Source: Acidobacteriota bacterium
Lineage (GTDB): Bacteria > Acidobacteriota > Terriglobia > Acidiferrales > UBA7541
DNA: 61,456 nt
NCBI GenBank assembly: GCA_028877145.1
Contig: JAGWOX010000001.1
Span: 1-61,456, forward strand
Reading direction: 5' to 3'
Shown: positions 21,763 to 29,943 of the stretch, in pieces
Position numbering within the stretch: position 1 is the first letter of the stretch
Layout of the letters: the number at the start of each line of letters is the position of its first letter
The notes under the pieces: generated by a model
What the model was told of the DNA's origin: nothing
The model's input: only the letters and a program-made list of their open reading frames with translations
Database searches by the model: none
Translations under genes and position numbers: made by a program

Positions 21763-22449
21763 TCAGAAATGCAGCCGGAGGTCGCGGAAACTCGTGAGCA
21801 GCAGCATGCGCCCCAGCCCGCTCACCAGTTCGGCGTGCTCGAGTTCCCACGTCATGCGGTGCGGAATGAAGACGACGTTCAAGCCCGCTTCGAGCGCGGG
21901 ATTCACGTCGCTTTTCGGGCTGTTGCCCACCATCCACGCGTTCTGCTTCACCACTTTGTGGCGGTTCACCACGCGCTCGTAGTTGTCCGCGTCTTTTTCC
22001 GGCGCGATTTCCACCGCCTCGAAATACGATACCAGCCCCGACCGCTCGATCTTCGCTCCCTGCTCCACCGGCTCGCCCTTGGTGAAGAGGATCAGCCGGT
22101 GCCGCCGCGCGAGAAACGCCAGCGTTTCCGGAACGCCTTCCAGAATCCGCGGCGGCGTATGCTCGATCTCGTGCGCGCGGTTGCGTATCCACGCCCATTC
22201 GTCGCTGTTGGCCAGTTCGCCGGCGAGCCGCCGATACGTCTCCTCGAGCGAGCGCCGGAAGCTGCCCACTCCGTAACCGTGCTGGCGAATGTTCCGTCGT
22301 TCGATCTCGTTCAGGATGCGCCGCACGTAGGCCGCGCTGTACCCCAGCGGCTCCATCCGCGCGATGAACTCGCCGATGGCCTGCTCGAAAAAGACGTTGT
22401 TTTCCCAGAGGGTGTCGTCGGCGTCGATGAGGAAGGTCTGGCGCTTCAT
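21763..22449 (-). CDS. HAD family hydrolase
   Basis: FLIDADDTLW (DxDxT motif), ILFTKG, and MVGNSPKSDVNPALEAG (motif IV region). Confidence 0.75.
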   Translation of the reverse strand: MKRQTFLIDADDTLWENNVFFEQAIGEFIARMEPLGYSAAYVRRILNEIERRNIRQHGYGVGSFRRSLEETYRRLAGELANSDEWAWIRNRAHEIEHTPPRILEGVPETLAFLARRHRLILFTKGEPVEQGAKIERSGLVSYFEAVEIAPEKDADNYERVVNRHKVVKQNAWMVGNSPKSDVNPALEAGLNVVFIPHRMTWELEHAELVSGLGRMLLLTSFRDLRLHF

Positions 22450-22454
22450 GTGTC

Positions 22455-22682
22455 TCAGGACGCCTTGGGCGCCTGCGCGGCCAGTTTTTCGAGGAGAGAT
22501 CGGGCCAGCCGCTCGGTTTCGCCGTACTGCGTCAGATACTCCTGAAATTCCCGGTTGATGTCGAGCGCCGTCTCGGCATCGAGGCGCACCCGGAGGATCA
22601 TGTCGCGCAGCCGCACCGGATGCGGCAACTGTGCATCATCCCGCAGATCGTCAAGCGCCTGCTGCGCGTCATACGCATTCAT
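22455..22682 (-). CDS. Small hypothetical helical protein (75 aa)
   Basis: ATG 22682 is preceded by GGAGGGA. It ends 5 nt before the HAD gene start. Confidence 0.45.
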   Translation of the reverse strand: MNAYDAQQALDDLRDDAQLPHPVRLRDMILRVRLDAETALDINREFQEYLTQYGETERLARSLLEKLAAQAPKAS

Positions 22683-22824
22683 AGTTCCCTCCGCGCGCGG
22701 CAACACCTCCCGCGCCATTTCGCTATTGTACCCCGGCCGACTCCACGTCGCCCCTTACTGACAGAGCTTATGGCGCGCTGTTACGCCAGTCGCGCATTGC
22801 AAGTACCTAATGTGGAGCACCGGA

Positions 22825-23355
22825 TTATGCAGGTTGCCACAACTCGATGGGATTTCCCTCAGGGTCATGCAGGCGAGCAAAGCGCCCGATCCCCGGATAG
22901 GATTGCGGGTCATTAACCTCAATCTTTGCCTTTCGTAGCTGGGCCACCATCTTGTCGAGATCCCGTACCCGAAAGTTCACCATCCACACCTTGCTGGGAT
23001 CTCCGAAATACTTGCTCGTTTCGGGAAAAGGAGTGAGGACTGTCGGTCCGGCCTCCTGCTGCCAAACGGGTGCGTCGTTACCCGTTGGCGTGAGGGGGAT
23101 TCCCAAGTGTTCCTGGTACCAGCGCCCCAACGCCCCCGGATCGTGAGCTCGGAAGAACAACCCTCCGATTCCGGTTACTTTTTCCTTTTCCGTTCCTCCC
23201 AATTCATGTTTTGCAGCTGCCTTCGCAGGTGGAGCAGGACTCGCTGGTTGGGCGGGGTTCTGTGCCGCGATGGCGGATTGATTCCGAAACCGGATGACGC
23301 TGGATCCAAAAGCATAAGAAAGGATCTGAAGTAGTTGGCGCCTTTGAACGCTCAT
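22825..23355 (-). CDS. VOC/glyoxalase family protein with a Tat-like signal
   Basis: MSVQRRQLLQIL..., then GIGGLFFRAHDPGALGRWYQEHLGI and GRFARLHDPEGNPIELWQP. GGGAGGA lies upstream of ATG 23355. Confidence 0.72.
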   Translation of the reverse strand: MSVQRRQLLQILSYAFGSSVIRFRNQSAIAAQNPAQPASPAPPAKAAAKHELGGTEKEKVTGIGGLFFRAHDPGALGRWYQEHLGIPLTPTGNDAPVWQQEAGPTVLTPFPETSKYFGDPSKVWMVNFRVRDLDKMVAQLRKAKIEVNDPQSYPGIGRFARLHDPEGNPIELWQPA

Positions 23356-23933
23356 CCCATCCTCCCACCGAGGCTTCGTGCGAGTTTGTCGATGATACCC
23401 GTGCAGATGGAGTTCTGAAAGCATATAGATGGCGGGTTCTGGGCGAGTGGTCGGCAATGCGGAAGTAAATCCGTCTCATCCGTCACGCGGCCCGCTTGCA
23501 GCGATTCTTTCGCTGTTCCCTTGCCGCCTCCAATTTCCCGTCCCGCCCGTCCTGAATCTCCTGCTGATGCCCGGCGAGCATGTCCTTCGGCATGATGCAG
23601 CCGATGCGCCGGTATGAGCTTTCTGGCATATTAGGGCCGTGGTGCCTCTGCTATGCGAGGCACTCGGCATGCCCTCGCCTCAGCGTCCAAGCCCCCAGCG
23701 CACTTTCGTAGTCCCACCCCAACAACACCTGCCTCGTGCGGGGCTGTTCCATGAATCGGCTTTACACCCATGCACCTATTTTTCAAATGGAGTCACCACC
23801 CTCCGCCGCCTCGGTTGCGGCCCCGCCAAGCGGCTGATAAAATCGCACTTCCGCGGGTCGGGCTCCGCTTGCAAAGCAAAAATGCGCCCAGCCTCGTTTG
23901 CCCCTGCGATCAATCCGGAATGGGAGGAAGCAC

Positions 23934-25331
23934 TTGGCGAAATATGACCTCGCAATCATCGGGAGCGGCCCGGGCGGCTACGTCGCCGCCATCCGCGCCG
24001 GCCAGTGGGGCCTGAAGACCGTCGTCGTCGAGAAAGATCCGTTTCTCGGCGGCACTTGTCTGCACGTCGGCTGCATCCCCACCAAAGTCCTGCTGCACCA
24101 CGCCGAGCTGTACGAGGATTTCCTGAACGCAAAAGAGTTCGGCATCGAAGTGGAAAAAGTCGGCATCAATTGGCCTGTGATGCTGCAGCGCAAAAACAAG
24201 ATCGTCAACAAGCACGCCAAAGGCATCGAATACCTTTTCCGCAAGAATAAAGTCGAATCCATCCAGGGATGGGGAACCCTCGCCGGCCCCGGCAAGGTGA
24301 ACGTGGAAAAGGACGGCAAGACGCAGACGATCGAAGCCACGAACGTGATGCTGGCCACGGGCTCCGAAGCGCGCACGCTCCCCGGCGTCGAATTCGACGG
24401 CAAGCGCATCGTCTCGAACCGCGAAATTCTCGACCTGCCGGAAATTCCGAAATCGCTGGTCGTCGTCGGCGCAGGCGCCGTCGGCGTCGAGTTCGCCTCG
24501 ATCTATCGCTCGTTCGGTTCCGAAGTGACGGTTCTGGAAATGTTGCCGCGCACCGTGCCGCTCGAGGACGCCGAAATCTCCGCCGAACTCGAAAAGGCCT
24601 TCCGCAAGCGCGGCATCAAGCTGCAGACGCAGGCCTCGGTCCAGTCGGTCAAGAAAGACGCGAACGGCGTCACCGTCGATTACAAGGACAAAACCGGAGT
24701 GGCGCAGAAAATCAACGCCGATTGCGTTCTGATCGCCGTCGGCCGCCGGCCCAAAACGGAAAATGTCGGCATCGAAAAAACGCGCGCGCGCCTCGAGCGG
24801 GGTTTCGTCCACGCCGGCCCCTACATGGAAACAGACGAGCCCGGTCTCTACGCCATCGGCGACATCGTCGCCGGCATGCCGCAACTCGCCCACGCCGCTT
24901 CGATGGAAGGCATCATCGCCGTCGGAAAAATGGCCGGCAAGGACGTGCCCGCTTTCGACAAGCGCCGCGTCCCCAACTGCACCTATTGCGAGCCGCAGAT
25001 CGGCTCGATCGGCATGACCGAGCAGCAGGCCAAGGACGCCGGCTACACCGTGAAAACTGGAAAATTCCCGTTCTCGGCCAACAGCAAGGCCTCGATCCTC
25101 GGCCATCACGAAGGCTTCATCAAGGTCGTTTCCGAGGAAAAATACGGCCAGGTGCTCGGCGTCCACGCCATCGGCCCGCTCGCCACGGAAATCATCGCCG
25201 AGCCCGTGGCCGCTATCGGCCTCGAAGCGACAATCGACGACATGATGTACACCATTCACGCCCATCCAACCGTTTGGGAAGCGATGGGCGATGCGTTCAA
25301 TTCGGTACGCGGCCTGGCTATCAACTTCTGA
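23934..25331 (+). CDS. lpdA: Dihydrolipoyl dehydrogenase (E3)
   Basis: TTG start after GGGAGGA. (M)AKYDLAIIGSGPGGYVAAIRAGQWGLK, GGTCLHVGCIPTK (redox disulfide), and HAHPT near the C-terminus. Confidence 0.93.
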   Translation: MAKYDLAIIGSGPGGYVAAIRAGQWGLKTVVVEKDPFLGGTCLHVGCIPTKVLLHHAELYEDFLNAKEFGIEVEKVGINWPVMLQRKNKIVNKHAKGIEYLFRKNKVESIQGWGTLAGPGKVNVEKDGKTQTIEATNVMLATGSEARTLPGVEFDGKRIVSNREILDLPEIPKSLVVVGAGAVGVEFASIYRSFGSEVTVLEMLPRTVPLEDAEISAELEKAFRKRGIKLQTQASVQSVKKDANGVTVDYKDKTGVAQKINADCVLIAVGRRPKTENVGIEKTRARLERGFVHAGPYMETDEPGLYAIGDIVAGMPQLAHAASMEGIIAVGKMAGKDVPAFDKRRVPNCTYCEPQIGSIGMTEQQAKDAGYTVKTGKFPFSANSKASILGHHEGFIKVVSEEKYGQVLGVHAIGPLATEIIAEPVAAIGLEATIDDMMYTIHAHPTVWEAMGDAFNSVRGLAINF

Positions 25332-25343
25332 GCCGGCCCACGG

Positions 25344-26078
25344 ATGCCCATGAAACCGTGTCTGGTGGTCGATCTCGGCGTCATCGCCTACGGGCGAGCG
25401 TTCGAGCTGCAGCGGCGGCTGGTGGAGGCGCGCAAGGCCGGCGCCATCGCCGACGTCCTGCTGCTCTGCGAGCATCCGCACGTCATCACGCTCGGCCGCA
25501 ACGGCCACGGCGAACACCTGCGCACTTCCGACCGCCTTCTCCGGGAGATGGGCGTCGAATTCCATCCCACCGACCGCGGCGGCGACATCACCTATCACGG
25601 CCCCGGCCAGGTGGTCGGCTATCCGATCCTGCATGTGGCGGAAATTCGCCGCGACGTCGTGTGGTACGTGCGCCAGCTCGAGGAAATCCTGATCCGCGCC
25701 TCCGCCGATTTCGGCGTCAGCGCCCGCCGCGAGCCCGGCCTCACCGGCGTCTGGGTCGATCCGCCCGGCCGCGGCCCCGAAAAACTGGCGGCGATTGGCG
25801 TGCATTTCAGCCGCTGGGTCAGTTCCCACGGATTTGCGTATAACGTTTCCACCGATCTCCGCTATTTCGATTTGATCGTGCCGTGCGGCATCAGTGACAA
25901 GGGCGTCACCTCGCTCGAGCGCCTGCTCGCCCGGCCCGTATACCCGGCCGAATTCCGGCCGCAACTGATTGCACGCTTCGCCGAAGTCTTCGGGTTCCAT
26001 ATGGAACCGGCGACGCCCGAGGCGCTCGAAGAACTCTTGGAACGAGCGACGCCCGCAAACATGGGCGCCGGAAACTGA
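25344..26078 (+). CDS. lipB: Lipoyl(octanoyl) transferase LipB
   Basis: LLLCEHPHVITLGRNG, TDRGGDITYHGPGQVVGYPI, KLAAIGV, VPCG. Confidence 0.88.
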   Translation: MPMKPCLVVDLGVIAYGRAFELQRRLVEARKAGAIADVLLLCEHPHVITLGRNGHGEHLRTSDRLLREMGVEFHPTDRGGDITYHGPGQVVGYPILHVAEIRRDVVWYVRQLEEILIRASADFGVSARREPGLTGVWVDPPGRGPEKLAAIGVHFSRWVSSHGFAYNVSTDLRYFDLIVPCGISDKGVTSLERLLARPVYPAEFRPQLIARFAEVFGFHMEPATPEALEELLERATPANMGAGN

Positions 26079-26100
26079 ACGCGGGAGGCAACGAACAACA

Positions 26101-27351
26101 ATGACATTGCCGGAAATGAAGTATCCGCTCAGCCGGGACCAGCTTCTCGACCTCTATTACTTCATGAAGCTGACCCGCGAACTCGACGAGCAACTCGTCC
26201 GCCTGTTCCGCCAAAACAAGGTGGTTGGCGGCCTCTATTCGAGCATCGGACAGGAAGCGAGCGCCGTCGGCACCGCGTACACCCTCGAAAAGCGGGACTG
26301 GATTGCCCCGATGATTCGCAACGTCGGCGGCCTGCTCGTCAAGGGCTTCCGCCCGCGCGACATTCTGATGCAATACATGGCCCGCTCCGGCGCGCCGACC
26401 GGCGGCAAGGACGGCACCAGCCACTTCGGCGACCTCCAGGATCGCCACGTCGTATCGCCCATTTCCATGCTCGGCGATCTCATCCCTGTCATGACCGGCG
26501 TCGCCATGGGCGGCCGCTACCTTGGCCAGAAAATCGTCACGATGACCTGGATCGGTGACGGTGGCACCTCCACCGGCGCTTTCCATGAGGGCATGAACCT
26601 GGCCGCCGCACAGCACGCCCCATTCGTTTGCGTGGTCGAGAACAACCAGTGGGCCTATTCGACGCCGGTGGCCCGCCAAGTTCCCCTGAAAAATCTCGCC
26701 GACCGCGCCCGCGCTTACGGCATCCCGGGCTATGTCGTCGACGGCAACGACGTCATCGCGGTCTACCAGGCAACGAAAGAGGCCGTCGAACTGGCGCGCC
26801 GCGGCGAAGGCCCTGTCCTGGTTGAATCGAAGACCATGCGCATGAAAGGCCACGCGCAGCACGATCCCGCGGGCTACGTTCCGCCGGAAATGTTCGAATA
26901 CTGGAAGGCGCGCGATCCGCTCGCGCTTTACGAAAAGTGGCTCACGGAAAATAAAGTCTGGGACAAGAAGGCCAAGGACGAAATCGAGGCGCGCATCGAG
27001 CGCGAATTGAAGGAAGATATCGAAATCGCCGAGGCTTCCCCGCTGCCCAACGCCGAAGAGGCCGAGCGCGGCGTCTACTGCGAAGGCTGCCACACGATCG
27101 AAGCGCACTGGGAGCGCCCCATCGCTGAAGTCCAGCCGCCCAAGGCCAGCGTCCAGCCCGTCTGGACCGTGCCCGATTTCGGCGCCTTGAACAACGCGCG
27201 CGGATCGGCTCCCGCCGCCGCGGCCTCCGCGCCCGATGACGGCGCCCGCGCCGAGGCGCATTCAAATTCATCCGCCAAATCCGCCCCGGCCGGCTCCGGC
27301 GCACCCAAGCGCCCTGCCCGCGCCGAGGCGCGGCCGAAAGGGAGGCGCTGA
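26101..27351 (+). CDS. 2-oxoacid dehydrogenase E1 component alpha subunit (TPP-dependent; PDH/BCKDH type), with a C-terminal low-complexity extension of about 90 aa
   Basis: Internal ATG 26101. YFMKLTRELDEQLVRLFRQNKVVGG, GDGGTSTGAFHEGMNLAA, VENNQWAYSTP. Confidence 0.88.
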   Translation: MTLPEMKYPLSRDQLLDLYYFMKLTRELDEQLVRLFRQNKVVGGLYSSIGQEASAVGTAYTLEKRDWIAPMIRNVGGLLVKGFRPRDILMQYMARSGAPTGGKDGTSHFGDLQDRHVVSPISMLGDLIPVMTGVAMGGRYLGQKIVTMTWIGDGGTSTGAFHEGMNLAAAQHAPFVCVVENNQWAYSTPVARQVPLKNLADRARAYGIPGYVVDGNDVIAVYQATKEAVELARRGEGPVLVESKTMRMKGHAQHDPAGYVPPEMFEYWKARDPLALYEKWLTENKVWDKKAKDEIEARIERELKEDIEIAEASPLPNAEEAERGVYCEGCHTIEAHWERPIAEVQPPKASVQPVWTVPDFGALNNARGSAPAAAASAPDDGARAEAHSNSSAKSAPAGSGAPKRPARAEARPKGRR

Positions 27352-27353
27352 AC

Positions 27354-28328
27354 ATGGCCCCGGTCACGATGGTCGAAGCCATTCGCGAAGCACTCGACGA
27401 GGAAATGCAGCGCGATCCCTCCGTCGTCCTCATCGGCGAGGATATCGGCGTTTACGGCGGCGCGTTCAAGGCCACCGAAGGCCTGCTCGCCAAATACGGC
27501 TGGGAGCGCGTGATCGATACGCCCATCAGCGAAACCGCCATCATCGGCGCGGCGGTCGGCATGAGCTATCAGGGCCTGCGCCCCGTTGCGGAGATGCAGT
27601 TCATCGATTTCATCGCGTGCTGCTTCAATCAAATGGTGAATTTCGTCGCCAAGAGCCACTACCGCTGGGGCGGACCGGTGCCGATGGTTGTGCGCGGTCC
27701 GTGCGGAGGCGGCGTGCATGGCGGCCCGTTCCATTCCCAGAATCCGGAGATGTGGTTCGTGCACACGCCCGGCCTCAAGGTCGTCTATCCCTCGACCGCG
27801 TATGACGCCAAGGGCCTGCTGAAAAGCGCGATTCGCGACAATAATCCCGTGCTCTGCCTCGAGCACAAATTTCTCTATCGGCGCGTGAAGGAAGAATTGC
27901 CCGCCGAGGATTACACCGTGCCGATCGGCAAACTGGCCGTCCGCCGCCCCGGCCGCGACCTGACCATCGCGACTTACGGCGCCATGACGCTCCATTCGCT
28001 CGATGCCGCCGAGGAACTGGCCAAGGAAGGCATCGAGGCCGAAGTGCTCGACCTGCGCACCCTGATGCCGCTCGACCGGCAGGGAATCATCGATTCTGTC
28101 CGCAAAACAAACAAGCTCCTGGTCGTCCACGAAGATGTCCGCTCGGGCGGTATCGCGGGCGAAATCGCCGCCACCGTCAACGAGCAGGCTTTCGAAGATC
28201 TCGACGGTCCCATCCTGCGCGTCACTTCTCTCGATACGCCGGTGCCGTTCTCTCCTCCCCTTGAGGAACGGTTCCTGCCGCAGGTGGCCGACATCACTCG
28301 CGCGGCGCGCGAGTTGGCCCGTTACTAA
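27354..28328 (+). CDS. 2-oxoacid dehydrogenase E1 component beta subunit
   Basis: MVEAIREALDEEMQRDPSVVLIGEDIGVYGGAFKATEGL, DTPISETAIIGAAVG. GGGAGG upstream. Confidence 0.93.
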   Translation: MAPVTMVEAIREALDEEMQRDPSVVLIGEDIGVYGGAFKATEGLLAKYGWERVIDTPISETAIIGAAVGMSYQGLRPVAEMQFIDFIACCFNQMVNFVAKSHYRWGGPVPMVVRGPCGGGVHGGPFHSQNPEMWFVHTPGLKVVYPSTAYDAKGLLKSAIRDNNPVLCLEHKFLYRRVKEELPAEDYTVPIGKLAVRRPGRDLTIATYGAMTLHSLDAAEELAKEGIEAEVLDLRTLMPLDRQGIIDSVRKTNKLLVVHEDVRSGGIAGEIAATVNEQAFEDLDGPILRVTSLDTPVPFSPPLEERFLPQVADITRAARELARY

Positions 28329-28370
28329 GGCCTTCTTGGTAGACTGAAAGGGAGAAATCGGAGGAAAACA

Positions 28371-29753
28371 ATGGCGGTTGATGTAGTGATGCCCCAGATG
28401 GGCGAAAGTATTTTTGAAGGCACGATCACGAAGTGGCTGAAGAAGCCCGGCGACAAGGTGGAGCGCGACGAGCCGCTCTTCGAAATCTCCACCGACAAGG
28501 TCGACGCCGAGATTCCCGCGCCGGCTTCCGGCACGCTGCAGGAAATCAAGGTCACCGAAGGGCAGACCGTGCCGATCAAGACCGTCGTCGCGCTGATCTC
28601 CGACGGCGGCGCTGCGGTTGCCGCTGCCGCGCCCGCCGCTGAGGCGAAACCTGCGCCGGCTCCGGCCCCCGCGCCTGCCGCTGCGGCTCCGCCACCGCCG
28701 CCTCCGCCGCCTGCTGCCGCTCCTGCCCCGGCACCCGTGGCCGCTGCGGCGCCTGCGGTTCCGGCCGCTCCGGCCGCCGCGGCTGAAGAGGGCGGCCGCA
28801 TTCGCAGTTCCCCGCTCGTGCGCAAGATGGCCCGCGAACACGGTATCGACCTTGCGCAAGTGTCCGGTACCGGCGCCGGCGGCCGCATCAGCAAGCACGA
28901 TATCGAGGCCTATCTCGCCTCCAGCGCCGCAGCCCCTGCCGCCGCGGCTCGTCCAGCGGCACCAGTCGCTGCCGTGCCGCCGCCTCCGCCGCCGGCCGCT
29001 CCGGGCGCGCTGGCACACGTGGCGATCGAAACCGCCGTCCCGCGTGAGAAGCTCTACTTCGGCCGCTACGAAGTCGAGCCGATGAGCGTGATGCGCCAGC
29101 GCATCGCCGAGCACATGCTCATCTCCAAGCGCGTCTCGCCGCACGTCTACTCGATCGACGAGGCCGACGTCACGAACATCGTCAACCTGCGCGCGAAACT
29201 GAAGAGCCAGTTCGAGGCGCAGACCGAATCCAAGCTCACCTTCATGCCGTTCTTCATTCGCGCCGCGGTCAATGCCCTGCGTGCCTTCCCGACCGTCAAC
29301 GCATCCATCGACGGCACGAACATCGTCCTCCATCGCGATATCAACATCGGCATCGCCGTCGCCCTCGATTGGGGCTTGATCGTTCCCGTGGTCAAGGGCG
29401 CCGACGAAAAGAATTTCCTCGGCCTGCAGCGCGCCATCAACGACCTCGCCGAGCGCGCCCGCACGAAGAAGCTCAAGCCCGAAGAAGTGCAGGAAGGCAC
29501 CTTCTCCATCACCAATCCCGGCGTCTTCGGCGGCCTGATGGGCTTGCCGGTGATCAGCCAGCCGAACGTCGCCATCCTCGGCCTCGGCTCGATCGAAAAG
29601 CGCCCCGTGGTGATCGACGACGCCATCGCGATCCGCTCAATGGTTTACCTCACGCTGAGCTACGACCATCGCGTGGTCGATGGCGCCATCGCCCACCAGT
29701 TCCTCCATCACATCAAGAAAACGCTGGAGAATTGGACCGAGCCGATCCTCTAA
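28371..29753 (+). CDS. Dihydrolipoamide acyltransferase (E2): lipoyl domain, PSBD and catalytic domain
   Basis: EISTDKVDAEIPAP (lipoyl-Lys), an Ala/Pro linker, SPLVRKMAREHGIDLAQVSGTGAGGRISKHDI, and SYDHRVVDGA. Confidence 0.92.
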   Translation: MAVDVVMPQMGESIFEGTITKWLKKPGDKVERDEPLFEISTDKVDAEIPAPASGTLQEIKVTEGQTVPIKTVVALISDGGAAVAAAAPAAEAKPAPAPAPAPAAAAPPPPPPPPAAAPAPAPVAAAAPAVPAAPAAAAEEGGRIRSSPLVRKMAREHGIDLAQVSGTGAGGRISKHDIEAYLASSAAAPAAAARPAAPVAAVPPPPPPAAPGALAHVAIETAVPREKLYFGRYEVEPMSVMRQRIAEHMLISKRVSPHVYSIDEADVTNIVNLRAKLKSQFEAQTESKLTFMPFFIRAAVNALRAFPTVNASIDGTNIVLHRDINIGIAVALDWGLIVPVVKGADEKNFLGLQRAINDLAERARTKKLKPEEVQEGTFSITNPGVFGGLMGLPVISQPNVAILGLGSIEKRPVVIDDAIAIRSMVYLTLSYDHRVVDGAIAHQFLHHIKKTLENWTEPIL

Positions 29754-29766
29754 ACATCCACAAGGA

Positions 29767-29812
29767 AAACGGGCCGGTGCGACCGATCAGAGTCGGTCCC
29801 ACCGGCCCGTTT
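29767..29812. terminator. Long GC-rich hairpin, a likely bidirectional terminator between E2 and the convergent gene
   Basis: AAACGGGCCGGTGcGACCGA-tcagag-TCGGTCcCACCGGCCCGTTT gives about 19 bp with one C/C mismatch. It is flanked by an A-run on the 5' side and a T-rich stretch on the 3' side. Confidence 0.6.
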
Positions 29813-29860
29813 CATTTCCCCCTGCCGAGCCAAACTCCCGCCTCAACCTGAAAAAAATCC

Positions 29861-29886
29861 TGTCATCCTGAGCGAAGCGAAGGACC
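29861..29886 (+). repeat. Solitary copy of the GTCATYCYGAGCGAAGCGA repeat
   Basis: TGTCATCCTGAGCGAAGCGAAGGACC. Compare 44488..44513. Confidence 0.55.
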
Positions 29887-29943
29887 CCGAAAGCCTCAAG
29901 GCAATCTATCCCACGAAGTCATTTCCTGTCAGACCACAGCCGT

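Noticed and set aside
23910-26000. 696-aa minus-strand ORF across lpdA and lipB
   Set aside because: Antisense artefact. The plus strand encodes canonical Lpd and LipB with catalytic motifs.
28618-28800. Repetitive GCn/CCG tracts in E2 (and 18600..18670 and 18900..19500 in tonB), which might look like tandem repeats or a CRISPR-like array
   Set aside because: They are in-frame Ala/Pro (and Lys/Pro/Glu) linker-coding low-complexity sequence. There is no unit/spacer organisation.
27075-29333. 752-aa minus-strand ORF across E1beta and E2
   Set aside because: Antisense artefact of high GC3. Arg/Gly-rich nonsense composition.
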